DNA of 47,646 nucleotides from Thermoanaerobaculia bacterium (GTDB lineage Bacteria; Acidobacteriota; Thermoanaerobaculia; UBA5066; Gp7-AA6): positions 1-47,646 of the forward strand of contig JBBQNC010000001.1 of NCBI GenBank assembly GCA_038329555.1. Reading direction: 5' to 3'. Below the pieces are notes generated by a model. That model was given only the letters and a program-made list of their open reading frames with translations. It searched no databases and had not been told where the DNA came from. This document shows, piece by piece, positions 37,154-45,847 of the stretch (within the stretch, counting starts at the first letter, position 1; each line of letters starts with the position of its first letter). A program made the position numbers and the translations under genes.

Positions 37154-37462
37154 ATGCTCACCTTCCGCGAGGCGAACGACGAGTTCGATCGCCGCATCGC
37201 CATCGGCCTTTCGAAGTGGACGGGCGACCAGCTCCGCGAGCAGGGCTACACGCGCAGCCTCGAAGCGGCGGCCGAGCTGCGCCGGGTGATGGAGTCGGAG
37301 GGACGGTCCGGGAAAATTCGGCCCGTCACGCTCGACGAGCGTCCCGCCTTCTTCTATTCCTGCAAAGGTGACCGCGGCGAGCCGTACGCGCAGGGGGTCG
37401 GCGACACGCCCGCGCTCGCGATCTGCGACGCCTTCCTGCACTGCTGCCCCGATCCGGTCTGA
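37154..37462 (+). CDS. Hypothetical protein, possibly phage ABA-sandwich-like domain
   Basis: GGGAG lies 5 nt upstream of the ATG. Third codon positions are G/C-rich. The pattern GYTRSLEAAAELRRVMESEG...GDTPALAICDAFL resembles the second copy at 37837-38340. Confidence 0.6.
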   Translation: MLTFREANDEFDRRIAIGLSKWTGDQLREQGYTRSLEAAAELRRVMESEGRSGKIRPVTLDERPAFFYSCKGDRGEPYAQGVGDTPALAICDAFLHCCPDPV

Positions 37463-37466
37463 GGAG

Positions 37467-37580
37467 CTAGCAGGCTGCTGAAAAATGGATGCGGGCGTCG
37501 TGCTGACTTTCGGCCGCAGGTATTCGCTTCGCGAACGGCGGCCGAGAGTGAATGTGAGGGCCTGGATTTCAGCCTGCTAG
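37467..37580. other. Nested long-range inverted repeat in the convergent spacer (structured RNA or bidirectional terminator candidate)
   Basis: Outer arms are CTAGCAGGCTG (37467-37477) and CAGCCTGCTAG (37570-37580), plus GAAA/TTTC. The inner stem is TCGGCCGC...GCGGCCGA, enclosing TTCGC-ttc-GCGAA. Confidence 0.6.
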
Positions 37581-37762
37581 ATCTCCGGCGTCTCCCGGAC
37601 CGGCTCCATCCGCTCGACAACGACGGTTCGGCCTTCGGACCGCATGATCCAGACTTCATGGCCGCCACGGCAATGGGCTTCGTGACAACCCGGCTTGAGC
37701 GGTTCCGCGACCCGAACGCGCTGGCCACATCCGTCGTAGGGGCAAATCATGAACTTCGTCAT
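37577..37762 (-). CDS. Hypothetical small Cys-rich (zinc-ribbon-like) protein
   Basis: 61 aa, MTKFMICPYDGCGQRVRVAEPLKPGCHEAHCRGGHEV..., with a Cys/His cluster. No clear SD. ATG 37750 is the alternative start. Confidence 0.5.
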   Translation of the reverse strand: MTKFMICPYDGCGQRVRVAEPLKPGCHEAHCRGGHEVWIMRSEGRTVVVERMEPVRETPEI

Positions 37763-37836
37763 CGAACGCCCGAGGCGCTGCGAGAAGCGGGCCAGAGGCG
37801 GGCCTGGCCCGGAGGGGACCGATCGACGGGGTTCGA

Positions 37837-38340
37837 TTACGCTGGCTCGGTGAAGGTCCCGCCAGGGGTCCATGTCGACACCCGGCTCTTCGCCTTCGTG
37901 ATCTTCCAGCTGCAGAGGACGCAACGCCGGTCGACGCCTTTCAAGGTCTTCGTGGGGGGGAGATCGATTCCACACTCGACACAGAACCGAGGAAACCAGC
38001 GGCCGACCGACTTCGGGCGTCCCTTCGGACCATCCGACCGGCGACGCTGGATTCGCGGGGTAGGCGTCCGCGGCACATACCGGACGACGGCGCGGCCGAG
38101 GGCCAGGGGCCAGGTTCCGCCGCTTCCCGTGGCGACTCGCTGGCCGTTCCGCACGAGGGCGCAGTACCAGATGGACCCCCCGTTTTCCAGGATGACCGAC
38201 AGCCCGTCTTCCTCGAACCGCCTCAGAAGACGCCTTGCCGTTTTCTCGTTCGTCGAATAGGGAGGGACCCGGACCCGGCGCTCGCCGGTGAGGGCAAGGC
38301 AGATCCTCGCATCGAGATCGGGGCCGGCTTCTTCGAGCAT
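37837..38340 (-). CDS. Hypothetical protein: phage ABA-sandwich-like N-domain plus C-terminal zinc ribbon
   Basis: PPYSTNEKTARRLLRRFEEDG...WYCAL...GGTWPLALGRAVV resembles the BC1872/phage ABA-sandwich pattern (from memory). C-terminal CVECG...CVLCS. The start is uncertain (ATG 38340 or GTG 38460). Confidence 0.6.
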   Translation of the reverse strand: MLEEAGPDLDARICLALTGERRVRVPPYSTNEKTARRLLRRFEEDGLSVILENGGSIWYCALVRNGQRVATGSGGTWPLALGRAVVRYVPRTPTPRIQRRRSDGPKGRPKSVGRWFPRFCVECGIDLPPTKTLKGVDRRCVLCSWKITKAKSRVSTWTPGGTFTEPA

Positions 38341-38527
38341 CGGGCAGCAAACATTGGGCGTCCTTGCGTGGGAGTCGATACGCAACCGTACGGTCCGCTT
38401 GCGAAACGCGCCGCCCTGGCGAGATGGGGCGCAGGGGCGCTCCCTGACGGCAGCCCTCACCCGCTCAGAAAGGTTCGAGATGCCGATCCCTGGGTCGGGA
38501 TGTCTTCTCGCAATCAGCCGCCTGGGG

Positions 38528-39286
38528 CTATGGGACCGCCCACTTCCTCTTGAGCGCGTCGTACTCCGCCCGGACGCTGCGATAGCATTCGCACGCGACC
38601 GACTCGAGGCCTTCGCGGTCGAGGATCCGAAAGCTCCGCCTCTCGGTGACGATGAGCTTTCGTCGCTTCAGCTCCTTGACGGCGACGGAAACGGTGGCTC
38701 GACGGGTCCCGAGCATCTGCGAGAAAAACTCCTGAGTCACCGGGAAGGCGCTGTGGGGCGAGCGGTCGTCGAAGGAAAGAAGCCAGCGGGCGGACCTCTC
38801 CAGCTGATTGTGCATCCGGCTGCAAAAGCAGGATTGGCCGATACAGAGCAACAGCACCTCGGTGTACTCCTCGAGATGATCGGCAAACGTGCCTTTCGCC
38901 GCGAGCTCGCGCACGAGGGTCCTGCGTGGCATGCGAAACCCTCGTCCGGGAATCTGGGTGACCGCGTTGAAATCGACGATTTCGCTGTTGATGAACAGGG
39001 GAAGACCCACCATTCCGTCGGTCCCGACCGTCGCCACCTCGACGCCCGATCCGTCGATTCCCTCGACGATCAACGACGACACGGACTCGACCGGGAAAAA
39101 AACGTCCGGATCCGAGTCTCGACGGCAGTGAAGCTCTTCGTTCACCACGGTCGTGTAGGGCCGGAGATGGGGTCGCAATCTCGCCATCTCGGATTCCGGA
39201 AGGCTCTTCAGCAGAAGATTTCCGTTCGTGCGCAGACGAGTCTCGTCAGGTGAACCCTTTGCGGCACGACCACGCTTTGCCTTCAT
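38528..39286 (-). CDS. Crp/Fnr family transcriptional regulator
   Basis: cNMP-binding-like domain (LLKSLPESEMARL...VFFPVESVSSLIV...VEVATVGTDGMVG) and a C-terminal HTH (QEFFSQMLGTRRATVSVAVKELKRRKLI). Confidence 0.88.
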   Translation of the reverse strand: MKAKRGRAAKGSPDETRLRTNGNLLLKSLPESEMARLRPHLRPYTTVVNEELHCRRDSDPDVFFPVESVSSLIVEGIDGSGVEVATVGTDGMVGLPLFINSEIVDFNAVTQIPGRGFRMPRRTLVRELAAKGTFADHLEEYTEVLLLCIGQSCFCSRMHNQLERSARWLLSFDDRSPHSAFPVTQEFFSQMLGTRRATVSVAVKELKRRKLIVTERRSFRILDREGLESVACECYRSVRAEYDALKRKWAVP

Positions 39287-39592
39287 CGCCCGGCCCCCCG
39301 GCCCGAAAATGGAAATCCCCTTCATGCGGATGGACAAGACGCGGCGGCCCCGCCCGCCAGGTCCCCGGGAAACTCGTTCCGGGATCTCTCCGTGCCACGA
39401 CGGGTCACTCGTGGACGTTCAAGTATCGTACCGGTTTCATAGGCGGGCGTGGAAGGCTGGGAGGTCGGATTCTACGAAACGGTGCCCGAGGTCGTCAAAG
39501 AAAGACGCGAAACCCGGACCATCGAAAGGACACCGACAGCGAAACCCTGGGATCTCCAGGTTCGTCCGGTTCGTCGCACGGATGATCGTGGA

Positions 39593-39669
<77 letters not shown>

Positions 39670-39779
39670 GCAGTCGAAGAGCGCGAATCATACACAGGTC
39701 CGCCCATCCCTGCTAGACTCGCCAGCTTCGAAAAACCTGCCGCATCGCTCGCCCCGCCGCACGGGATCCGCGGGCGCCG

Positions 39780-40604
39780 ATGTCGGATGACAGCGGGAGC
39801 CTCGCGGGCATGCGCACCAAGCGGAGAAGAGGGTCGGTCGCTCCGCGGGCGCTGGTGTCAGCCTCCGGGCTCGTCCTTCTGGTTCTGCTCTGGGCCGCGG
39901 CGATCGCGCTCGCCGGGCAGACTCTTCTCCCCTCGCCCTGGAAAGTGGGCGCCGCGATCGCCGAGCTCGCCCAGAAGGGATTTCTCGTCAAGCACGTCGT
40001 GGCGTCCCTCTTCCGCGTGACGTGGGGCTACCTGCTGGCCGTCGCCGTCGGCGTGCCGCTCGGGATCTTTCTCGGGTGGCGGCGCCGCGCGGAGATGGCG
40101 GTGGCGCCCCTGATCGAGCTCCTGCGGCCGATCTCTCCTCTCGCGTGGATCCCGATCGCCATCCTCTGGTTCGGGGTCGGCGACCTGGCGGCAATCTTCA
40201 TCATCTTCCTCGCGTCCCTCCTTCCGCTCACGCTGACCGCCATGAACGCGGTCGGGAGCGTCACGGCGACCCACTGGAACGCCGGGCGGAACTTCGGGCT
40301 CTCCCCCGCCGAGCTCGCGCGAAAAGTCCTGGCGCCCGCGATCCTTCCGCAGCTGATCGTGGGACTTCGGCTCACGCTCGGCATCGCCTGGCTGGTGGTC
40401 GTCGCGGCCGAGATGATCGCCGTCAACTCCGGCCTCGGCTTTCTGATCATCGACGCCCGCAACGCCGGAAACCGGTACGACCTCGTCGTGGCGGGAATGG
40501 TGCTGATCGGGCTCATCGGGCTGGGGCTCGACTTCGCGATGCGCCGACTCGAGCGGCTTCCCGCCGCGAGCTGGAACTACGAGATCGAAGCGGAGGCCGC
40601 ATGA
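39780..40604 (+). CDS. ABC transporter permease, NitT/TauT (nitrate/sulfonate/bicarbonate) family, copy 1
   Basis: LLRPISPLAWIPIAILWFG and other BPD_transp_1 features. The stop overlaps the ATPase start (ATGA). Confidence 0.9.
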   Translation: MSDDSGSLAGMRTKRRRGSVAPRALVSASGLVLLVLLWAAAIALAGQTLLPSPWKVGAAIAELAQKGFLVKHVVASLFRVTWGYLLAVAVGVPLGIFLGWRRRAEMAVAPLIELLRPISPLAWIPIAILWFGVGDLAAIFIIFLASLLPLTLTAMNAVGSVTATHWNAGRNFGLSPAELARKVLAPAILPQLIVGLRLTLGIAWLVVVAAEMIAVNSGLGFLIIDARNAGNRYDLVVAGMVLIGLIGLGLDFAMRRLERLPAASWNYEIEAEAA

Positions 40605-41380
40605 AGCCGGCGGCCGAGCGAGCGCCGGACCGGTCGAAGCTCTCGATCCGCGGCCTCGAGATGGTGTTCCGGGCGGAGGGAAAAGAGACGCCCGTGCTGC
40701 ACAACATCGACCTCGACGTGCGAGAGGGCGAGCTCGTCTGCATCCTCGGCCCGTCCGGCTGCGGGAAGTCGACGCTCCTGAACATCGTCGGCGGATTCCT
40801 GACGCCGACCGCGGGATCGGTCGCGATCGACGGGGAGCCGGTCACCGGGCCCGATCCCCGCCGCATCTTCGTATTTCAGGAGCGCGGCGTCTTCCCGTGG
40901 CTGACGGTCGAGGGCAACATCGGCTTCGGGCTCGGGCGGCTAACCGCGGCGGAGCGCCGCGAAAGGATCGCGCACTACGTGCGCCTGGTCGGGCTCACCG
41001 GATTCGAGAACGCCTACCCGCAGGAGCTCTCCGGCGGGATGAAGCAGCGGGTCGAGGTCGCCCGCGCCCTCGCCGTGAACCCGGACATGCTCTATCTCGA
41101 CGAGCCGTTCGGTGCGCTCGACTCGATCACGCGCCTGGTCATGCGCGGCGAGCTGCTCCGCATCTGGGAGGCCGAGAAGAAGACGATTCTCTTCGTGACC
41201 CACGACATCGACGAATCCGTCCAGCTCGCCGACCGCGTCGTCGTCATGTCCGCGCGTCCGGCGACGATCCGACGCATCGTCCCGATCGACCTTCCCCACC
41301 CCCGGGACCTCTCGTCGCGCCGTTACCTCGAGCTGCGGGACGGGATCTTCGAGGAGATCGGCCTCGCCCACCGGGTCTGA
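40601..41380 (+). CDS. ABC transporter ATP-binding protein, NitT/TauT family
   Basis: Walker A GPSGCGKST, signature LSGGMKQR, Walker B LYLDEPF. Confidence 0.93.
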   Translation: MKPAAERAPDRSKLSIRGLEMVFRAEGKETPVLHNIDLDVREGELVCILGPSGCGKSTLLNIVGGFLTPTAGSVAIDGEPVTGPDPRRIFVFQERGVFPWLTVEGNIGFGLGRLTAAERRERIAHYVRLVGLTGFENAYPQELSGGMKQRVEVARALAVNPDMLYLDEPFGALDSITRLVMRGELLRIWEAEKKTILFVTHDIDESVQLADRVVVMSARPATIRRIVPIDLPHPRDLSSRRYLELRDGIFEEIGLAHRV

Positions 41381-41391
41381 GCCCCGCCCGC

Positions 41392-42159
41392 ATGAAGCGA
41401 CGGAAGATCGAGAAGATTCTGTGGCCCGCCGTGACCGCGGCGGTCCTCCTCCTCGTCTGGCACTTCGCCGTCCGCGCGACGAAGACGAATGTGTTTCCCT
41501 CCCCGCTCGCGGTCGCTCTGGGCTTTCGCGAGCTCGCCCGGCGCGGCGTTCTTTTCCGTTACGCCGCCGACTCCCTGTTCCGGGTCGCATCCGGCTACGG
41601 GCTCGCGCTCGCGCTCGGGATCCCGACCGGGCTCGTGCTCGGCTGGTCGCCAACCGCGGCGCGGGCGGTCAACCCGGTCATCCAGCTCCTGCGGCCGATC
41701 AGCCCGCTCGCCTGGATCCCCGTCTCGATCGTCCTCTTCGGCATCTCGAATTTCGCGACGATCTTCCTCATATTTCTCGCTTCGTTCTTTCCCATCGTCG
41801 TCGCGACGATGAACGGCGTTCGCGGTATCCCGGCCATGTATCTCCTCGCCGGCCGCAACTTCGACCTCTCCCCCGTCGAGCGGCTCTGGCGGGTCATGCT
41901 TCCAGCCGCGCTTCCCCAGGTCCTGACGGGACTCCGGATCGCCCTGGGCGTCGCCTGGCTCGTCGTCGTCGCCGCGGAGATGATCGCCGTCGACTCGGGG
42001 CTCGGTTACCTGGTCATCGATTCTCGCAACGCCGGCAAACGCTACGACCTCGTCGTCGCAGCGATGATCCTGATCGGCGTCATCGGTGTCGCCCTGAACG
42101 GGGTGATGCGGCGCGTCGAGCGAATGCGCTCGGTGCGCTGGGGGTTCCGGGCGGCATGA
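41392..42159 (+). CDS. ABC transporter permease, NitT/TauT family, copy 2
   Basis: Paralogue of copy 1 (LLRPISPLAWIPVSIVLFG; VVVAAEMIAVDSGLGYLVIDSRNAGKRYDLV). Confidence 0.9.
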   Translation: MKRRKIEKILWPAVTAAVLLLVWHFAVRATKTNVFPSPLAVALGFRELARRGVLFRYAADSLFRVASGYGLALALGIPTGLVLGWSPTAARAVNPVIQLLRPISPLAWIPVSIVLFGISNFATIFLIFLASFFPIVVATMNGVRGIPAMYLLAGRNFDLSPVERLWRVMLPAALPQVLTGLRIALGVAWLVVVAAEMIAVDSGLGYLVIDSRNAGKRYDLVVAAMILIGVIGVALNGVMRRVERMRSVRWGFRAA

Positions 42160-43259
42160 GCGCGGAAGCTCCGCCGATCGCCGCTCCGCGTCGCCCTCCC
42201 GTGCGCGTCGGGCGCCGGCTCCTGGGAGGCGCCCTCCTCTGGACCGCGGCGCTGACGGCGGCACACTTCTCCCTGAACGTCGACTGGTCGTCGATCGTCA
42301 ACGAGCGGCTCCCCGTGGAAAAGCGGAAGCTGAACGTCGCGTACATCCCCGTGACGTGCCACCTCGCCTGCCCCGTCACCGATTTCATCTCCCGATACTC
42401 GCTCGCGGGAAATCTCTTCATTCCCCGCATGTTCCAGGGATTCCCGGAGATCAAGGAGGCTCTGATCTCCAACCGCATGCAGGTCGGCTTCATGGTCGCC
42501 CCGATGGCGATCGCTCTGCGCGCGCAGGGCGTCCCGATCAAGATCGTTTACCTGGGGCACCGCTACGGAAGCGCCGTCGTCGTGCGCAAGGACGGGCCGA
42601 TCCACTCGGTGAAGGACCTCCAGGGACGCATCATCGCGATTCCGAGCCGGTTCTCCGACGAGCGCCTCATCGTCTTCAAGGCGCTCAAGGCGAATGGGAT
42701 CGCGGCGGAAAAGGTCCGGATGATCGAGATGGCGCCGCCCGACGTCGCGGGCGCGCTCGCCGCCAGCGCGATCGACGCCTTCTCGATGGGCGAGCCCTAT
42801 CCCTCGCAGGCGGAGATGGGGGGCTTCGGCCGCGTCCTCTTCCACGCGCGGGAGTACTGGCCCGATTACATGTCCTGCGTCGTCGTCGTCCGCCAGGACG
42901 TCATCGACCGTCGCCCCGACGACGTCCAGGTGCTCGTCGACGGGATCGCCCGGTCGGGCCTGTGGCTGGACGAGGGGAAGCCCCACCGGGAGCACGCGGC
43001 GGATTTCGTCGGACGTTACTACTACCGCCAGCCGCCCGCCCTCCTCCGGCACGCGCTCACCATGCCTCTCGACCGGGTCATCTATTCCCGTCTCGCGCCG
43101 CGCGAGCCCGATTTCGACATGGTGCGCGATCTCATGATCGAGACCGGAGTGCTCGACCTGAAGATCGCGTTCTCCGAGTACGTCGACACGCGTTTCTCCG
43201 ATCGGGCGCAGGGGCAGACGCCCTGGAAGTACGAACCAGGCAGCGGGACGGCGAGATAA
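42156..43259 (+). CDS. ABC transporter substrate-binding protein (NMT1/SsuA-like)
   Basis: The ATG overlaps the permease stop (ATGA). An N-terminal anchor/signal, then a periplasmic-binding-protein pattern (KLNVAYIPVTCHLA..., GHRYGSAVVVRKD, MGEPYPSQAE). Confidence 0.82.
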   Translation: MSAEAPPIAAPRRPPVRVGRRLLGGALLWTAALTAAHFSLNVDWSSIVNERLPVEKRKLNVAYIPVTCHLACPVTDFISRYSLAGNLFIPRMFQGFPEIKEALISNRMQVGFMVAPMAIALRAQGVPIKIVYLGHRYGSAVVVRKDGPIHSVKDLQGRIIAIPSRFSDERLIVFKALKANGIAAEKVRMIEMAPPDVAGALAASAIDAFSMGEPYPSQAEMGGFGRVLFHAREYWPDYMSCVVVVRQDVIDRRPDDVQVLVDGIARSGLWLDEGKPHREHAADFVGRYYYRQPPALLRHALTMPLDRVIYSRLAPREPDFDMVRDLMIETGVLDLKIAFSEYVDTRFSDRAQGQTPWKYEPGSGTAR

Positions 43260-43388
43260 CGCGCCGGCCGGGCCGCGTTCGGAATCCCGCGGTGGACATC
43301 TCCTGGAACCGCGCGGGGGGACCACGACGCGCCGGCGTTTCGGAAAAGCGATGGAGCGGATCCGAGCCCGCCGTGAGAGTCTTTCGCC

Positions 43389-44780
43389 GTGCGCGCCGAG
43401 CCGCTGACCGACGACGTCCCGCTCGAGCGGGCGCTCTCCACCCTCGATACGACGCTCGTCACCGTCGGCGCGACGCTCGGCACGGGCATCTTCCTGACGA
43501 CCTCCGAGATCGCCCGCGCCGTGCCGGATCCGCGCGGGATCCTGATCCTGTGGCTGGGAGGGGGCCTCCTGGCGCTCGCGGGTGCGCTCACGTATGCCGA
43601 GCTCGGCGCGATGTTTCCCCGCTCCGGGGGCCAGTACCACTACCTGAAGGAGGCCTACGGCCCGCTCTGGGGCTTCCTGTTCGGCTGGGGCGCGTTCTTC
43701 GTGATGATGACCGGCGGGATCGCGGTGCTCGCCGTCGGATTCGGGGAGTACCTCGGGGCCTTCCTTCCCTTTTTCTCGAGCGCGCATCGACTCTGGACCG
43801 TGTCCCTCGGGCCGGTCGTCTGGAGCGCCAACGGCGCCCAGCTGGCCGGGGCGCTGGCGATCGCCGGATTGACCGCGGTCAATTACGCCGGCGTCCGCGC
43901 GGGCACGCGGTTCCAGAACGCGGTGACCGCGGCGAAGATCGGTTCCCTCGTCCTGCTGGGCGTCGCCGGCCTGTTCTTCCCCGCGCGGCCCGGGACGTTC
44001 CAGCACGCGGCGTCGATCTTCCCAACGGGGTTCGCGGCGGCCGGCGTCGGCATGATCGCCGTGCTGTGGACCTACGACGGCTGGTACGGCGCGACTTATC
44101 TCGCCGGCGAGATGCGGCGGCCGGAGAGATCGCTGCCGATCGGGCTCATCGCGGGGACGCTCTGCGTCACCGCGATCTATTTGCTGGTCAACGTCGTCTA
44201 CCTGCGGGCGCTTCCCGTGGACGAGATGGCGAGGACGCCGCGCGTCGCGGAGGCGACCGCGCTCGCGCTCTTCGGTCCCGGGGGGGGCCGCCTCGTGACC
44301 AGCCTCGTACTGATCTCGAACTTCGGCTGCCTCGCGACGACGATCCTCTACTGCGCGAGGATCTACCTTCCGATGTCGCGGGACGGGCTCTTCTTCGCCG
44401 CCCTCGGCCGCGTGCATCCGACGCATCACACGCCCGGGGCGAGCCTCGTCGCCCAGGGGGCCTGGGGCATCGCGCTCACGTTCTCCGGCACGTTCGAGCA
44501 GCTCTACACCTACGTGATCTTCGCCATCTTTCTCTTCCACGCCGTCACGGGAGTCGCGGTCATCGTCCTCCGCCGCAGCCATCCCGAGCTGCCGCGGCCG
44601 TTCCGAGTGCCCGGGTATCCGTGGATCCCGCTCGTCTTCGTCGGGGTCTGCCTCGTGTTCGTCGGAAACACGCTGCGCGAGAAGCCGGTCGAGTCCGCGA
44701 TCGGGCTCGGCATCCTGGCCGCCGGGCTTCCCGCCTTCGCGTTCTGGCAGAGGCGGCGCCGCGCCCGGGGAGCCGCCTGA
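43389..44780 (+). CDS. APC superfamily amino-acid permease
   Basis: 463 aa, about 12 TM. GATLGTGIFLT, YAELGAMFPRSGGQYHYL. Confidence 0.9.
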   Translation: MRAEPLTDDVPLERALSTLDTTLVTVGATLGTGIFLTTSEIARAVPDPRGILILWLGGGLLALAGALTYAELGAMFPRSGGQYHYLKEAYGPLWGFLFGWGAFFVMMTGGIAVLAVGFGEYLGAFLPFFSSAHRLWTVSLGPVVWSANGAQLAGALAIAGLTAVNYAGVRAGTRFQNAVTAAKIGSLVLLGVAGLFFPARPGTFQHAASIFPTGFAAAGVGMIAVLWTYDGWYGATYLAGEMRRPERSLPIGLIAGTLCVTAIYLLVNVVYLRALPVDEMARTPRVAEATALALFGPGGGRLVTSLVLISNFGCLATTILYCARIYLPMSRDGLFFAALGRVHPTHHTPGASLVAQGAWGIALTFSGTFEQLYTYVIFAIFLFHAVTGVAVIVLRRSHPELPRPFRVPGYPWIPLVFVGVCLVFVGNTLREKPVESAIGLGILAAGLPAFAFWQRRRRARGAA

Positions 44781-44782
44781 AG

Positions 44783-45847
44783 ATGGACGGAACCGCAATC
44801 CTCCTCTGCGGGACGGACTACCGCACCGATAACGGCAAGACCGCCCACGGGCTGGTGCGCGGCACGGACCGCTACCGCATCGCCGGCGTCGTGGATTCGT
44901 CGTGCCCGGGCGAGGACGCGGGCACGCTTCTGGACGGCCGCAAGCGGAACATCCCCGTCTTCGCCTCTCTGCGCGACGCCCTCGCCGCGCTTCCCGAGCG
45001 TCCCGACTTCGCCATCGTCGGGGTGGCGACCTCCGGCGGACGGATCCCGCCCGCTCTCCGCGCGGACATCGCGGAAGCGATCGACGCCCGCATCTCGATC
45101 GTGAACGGCCTGCACGAGCTCGTCTCCGCGGACCCGGAGCTTGCGGAAGCGGCGAGGCGCCGGGGCGTCTCGATCACCGACGTGCGACGCCCCCGCCCGG
45201 TGTCGGAGCTCCACTTCTGGACGGGAGAGATTCGCTCGGTCGCGCCTCCGAGGATCGCGGTGCTCGGGACCGACTGCGCCGTCGGCAAGCGAACGACGGC
45301 TCGCCTGTTGACGGAGGCCTGCCGCCACACGGGTGTCCGAGCCGAGATGATCTTCACGGGGCAGACGGGGTGGCTCCAGGGAGGCCGGTGGGGATTCGTG
45401 CTCGACGCGACGCCGAACGACTTCGTGTCCGGAGAGCTCGAGCACGCCGTCGTGTCGTGCGCCCGCGAGGCGCGCCCTGACGTGATCTTTCTCGAGGGCC
45501 AGTCCGCGCTGCGAAACCCCTCAGGGCCGTGCGGGGCGGAGCTGCTCCTCTCCGCGGGCGCCCGCGCCGTCGTCCTGCAGCACGCGCCCGCCCGTCTCGA
45601 GTTCGAGGGTCTCGAGGGGATGGGCTTCGCGATCCCTTCGATCGACGACGAGATCGAGCTCATCGCCCGCTACGGTGCGCGGACGATCGGCGTCGCGTTG
45701 AATACCCACGGGCTGCCGGACGGGGCGGCCAGCATCCGAGACGATCTCGAGAGGCGACTGGGCCTTCCCGTCGTTCTCCCACTCGAGGAGGGCGTCGACC
45801 GGATCGCCGCCGAGGTCCGAGGGTTTCTCGCCGGAGACGTCTCCTGA
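44783..45847 (+). CDS. DUF1611 domain protein (DgcN-like, P-loop containing)
   Basis: ATG 44783 lies 2 nt after the permease stop. GTDCAVGKRTTA P-loop and overall DUF1611 layout. Adjacent to an enolase-superfamily epimerase, as is typical for this family. Confidence 0.85.
   Translation: MDGTAILLCGTDYRTDNGKTAHGLVRGTDRYRIAGVVDSSCPGEDAGTLLDGRKRNIPVFASLRDALAALPERPDFAIVGVATSGGRIPPALRADIAEAIDARISIVNGLHELVSADPELAEAARRRGVSITDVRRPRPVSELHFWTGEIRSVAPPRIAVLGTDCAVGKRTTARLLTEACRHTGVRAEMIFTGQTGWLQGGRWGFVLDATPNDFVSGELEHAVVSCAREARPDVIFLEGQSALRNPSGPCGAELLLSAGARAVVLQHAPARLEFEGLEGMGFAIPSIDDEIELIARYGARTIGVALNTHGLPDGAASIRDDLERRLGLPVVLPLEEGVDRIAAEVRGFLAGDVS

Noticed and set aside
37486-37500. TGGATGCGGGCGTCG resembles TGGATGGCGGGGTCG at the tRNA-Asp 3' end and flank (39589-39603), a possible att-type direct repeat for the islet.
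   Set aside because: Only about 12 of 15 positions match and small indels are needed. It is partly outside the tRNA, and in about 65% GC DNA this is within chance expectation. It needs a proper alignment before any claim.
38288-39253. 321-aa plus-strand ORF.
   Set aside because: It is antisense to the Crp/Fnr gene, which has clear cNMP-binding and HTH motifs. This frame shows no recognisable features.
42042-44798. 918-aa minus-strand ORF, and the 1163-aa plus-strand ORF at 42356-45847.
   Set aside because: The minus ORF is antisense to the binding-protein and APC permease genes. The plus ORF is a long open alternate frame. Only its last 354 codons (44783-45847, DUF1611) look like real protein.
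45529-45843. ATG 45529 as the start of the epimerase.
   Set aside because: It would overlap DUF1611 by 315 nt. It would also add an Arg-rich, non-homologous extension ahead of the family N-terminus.
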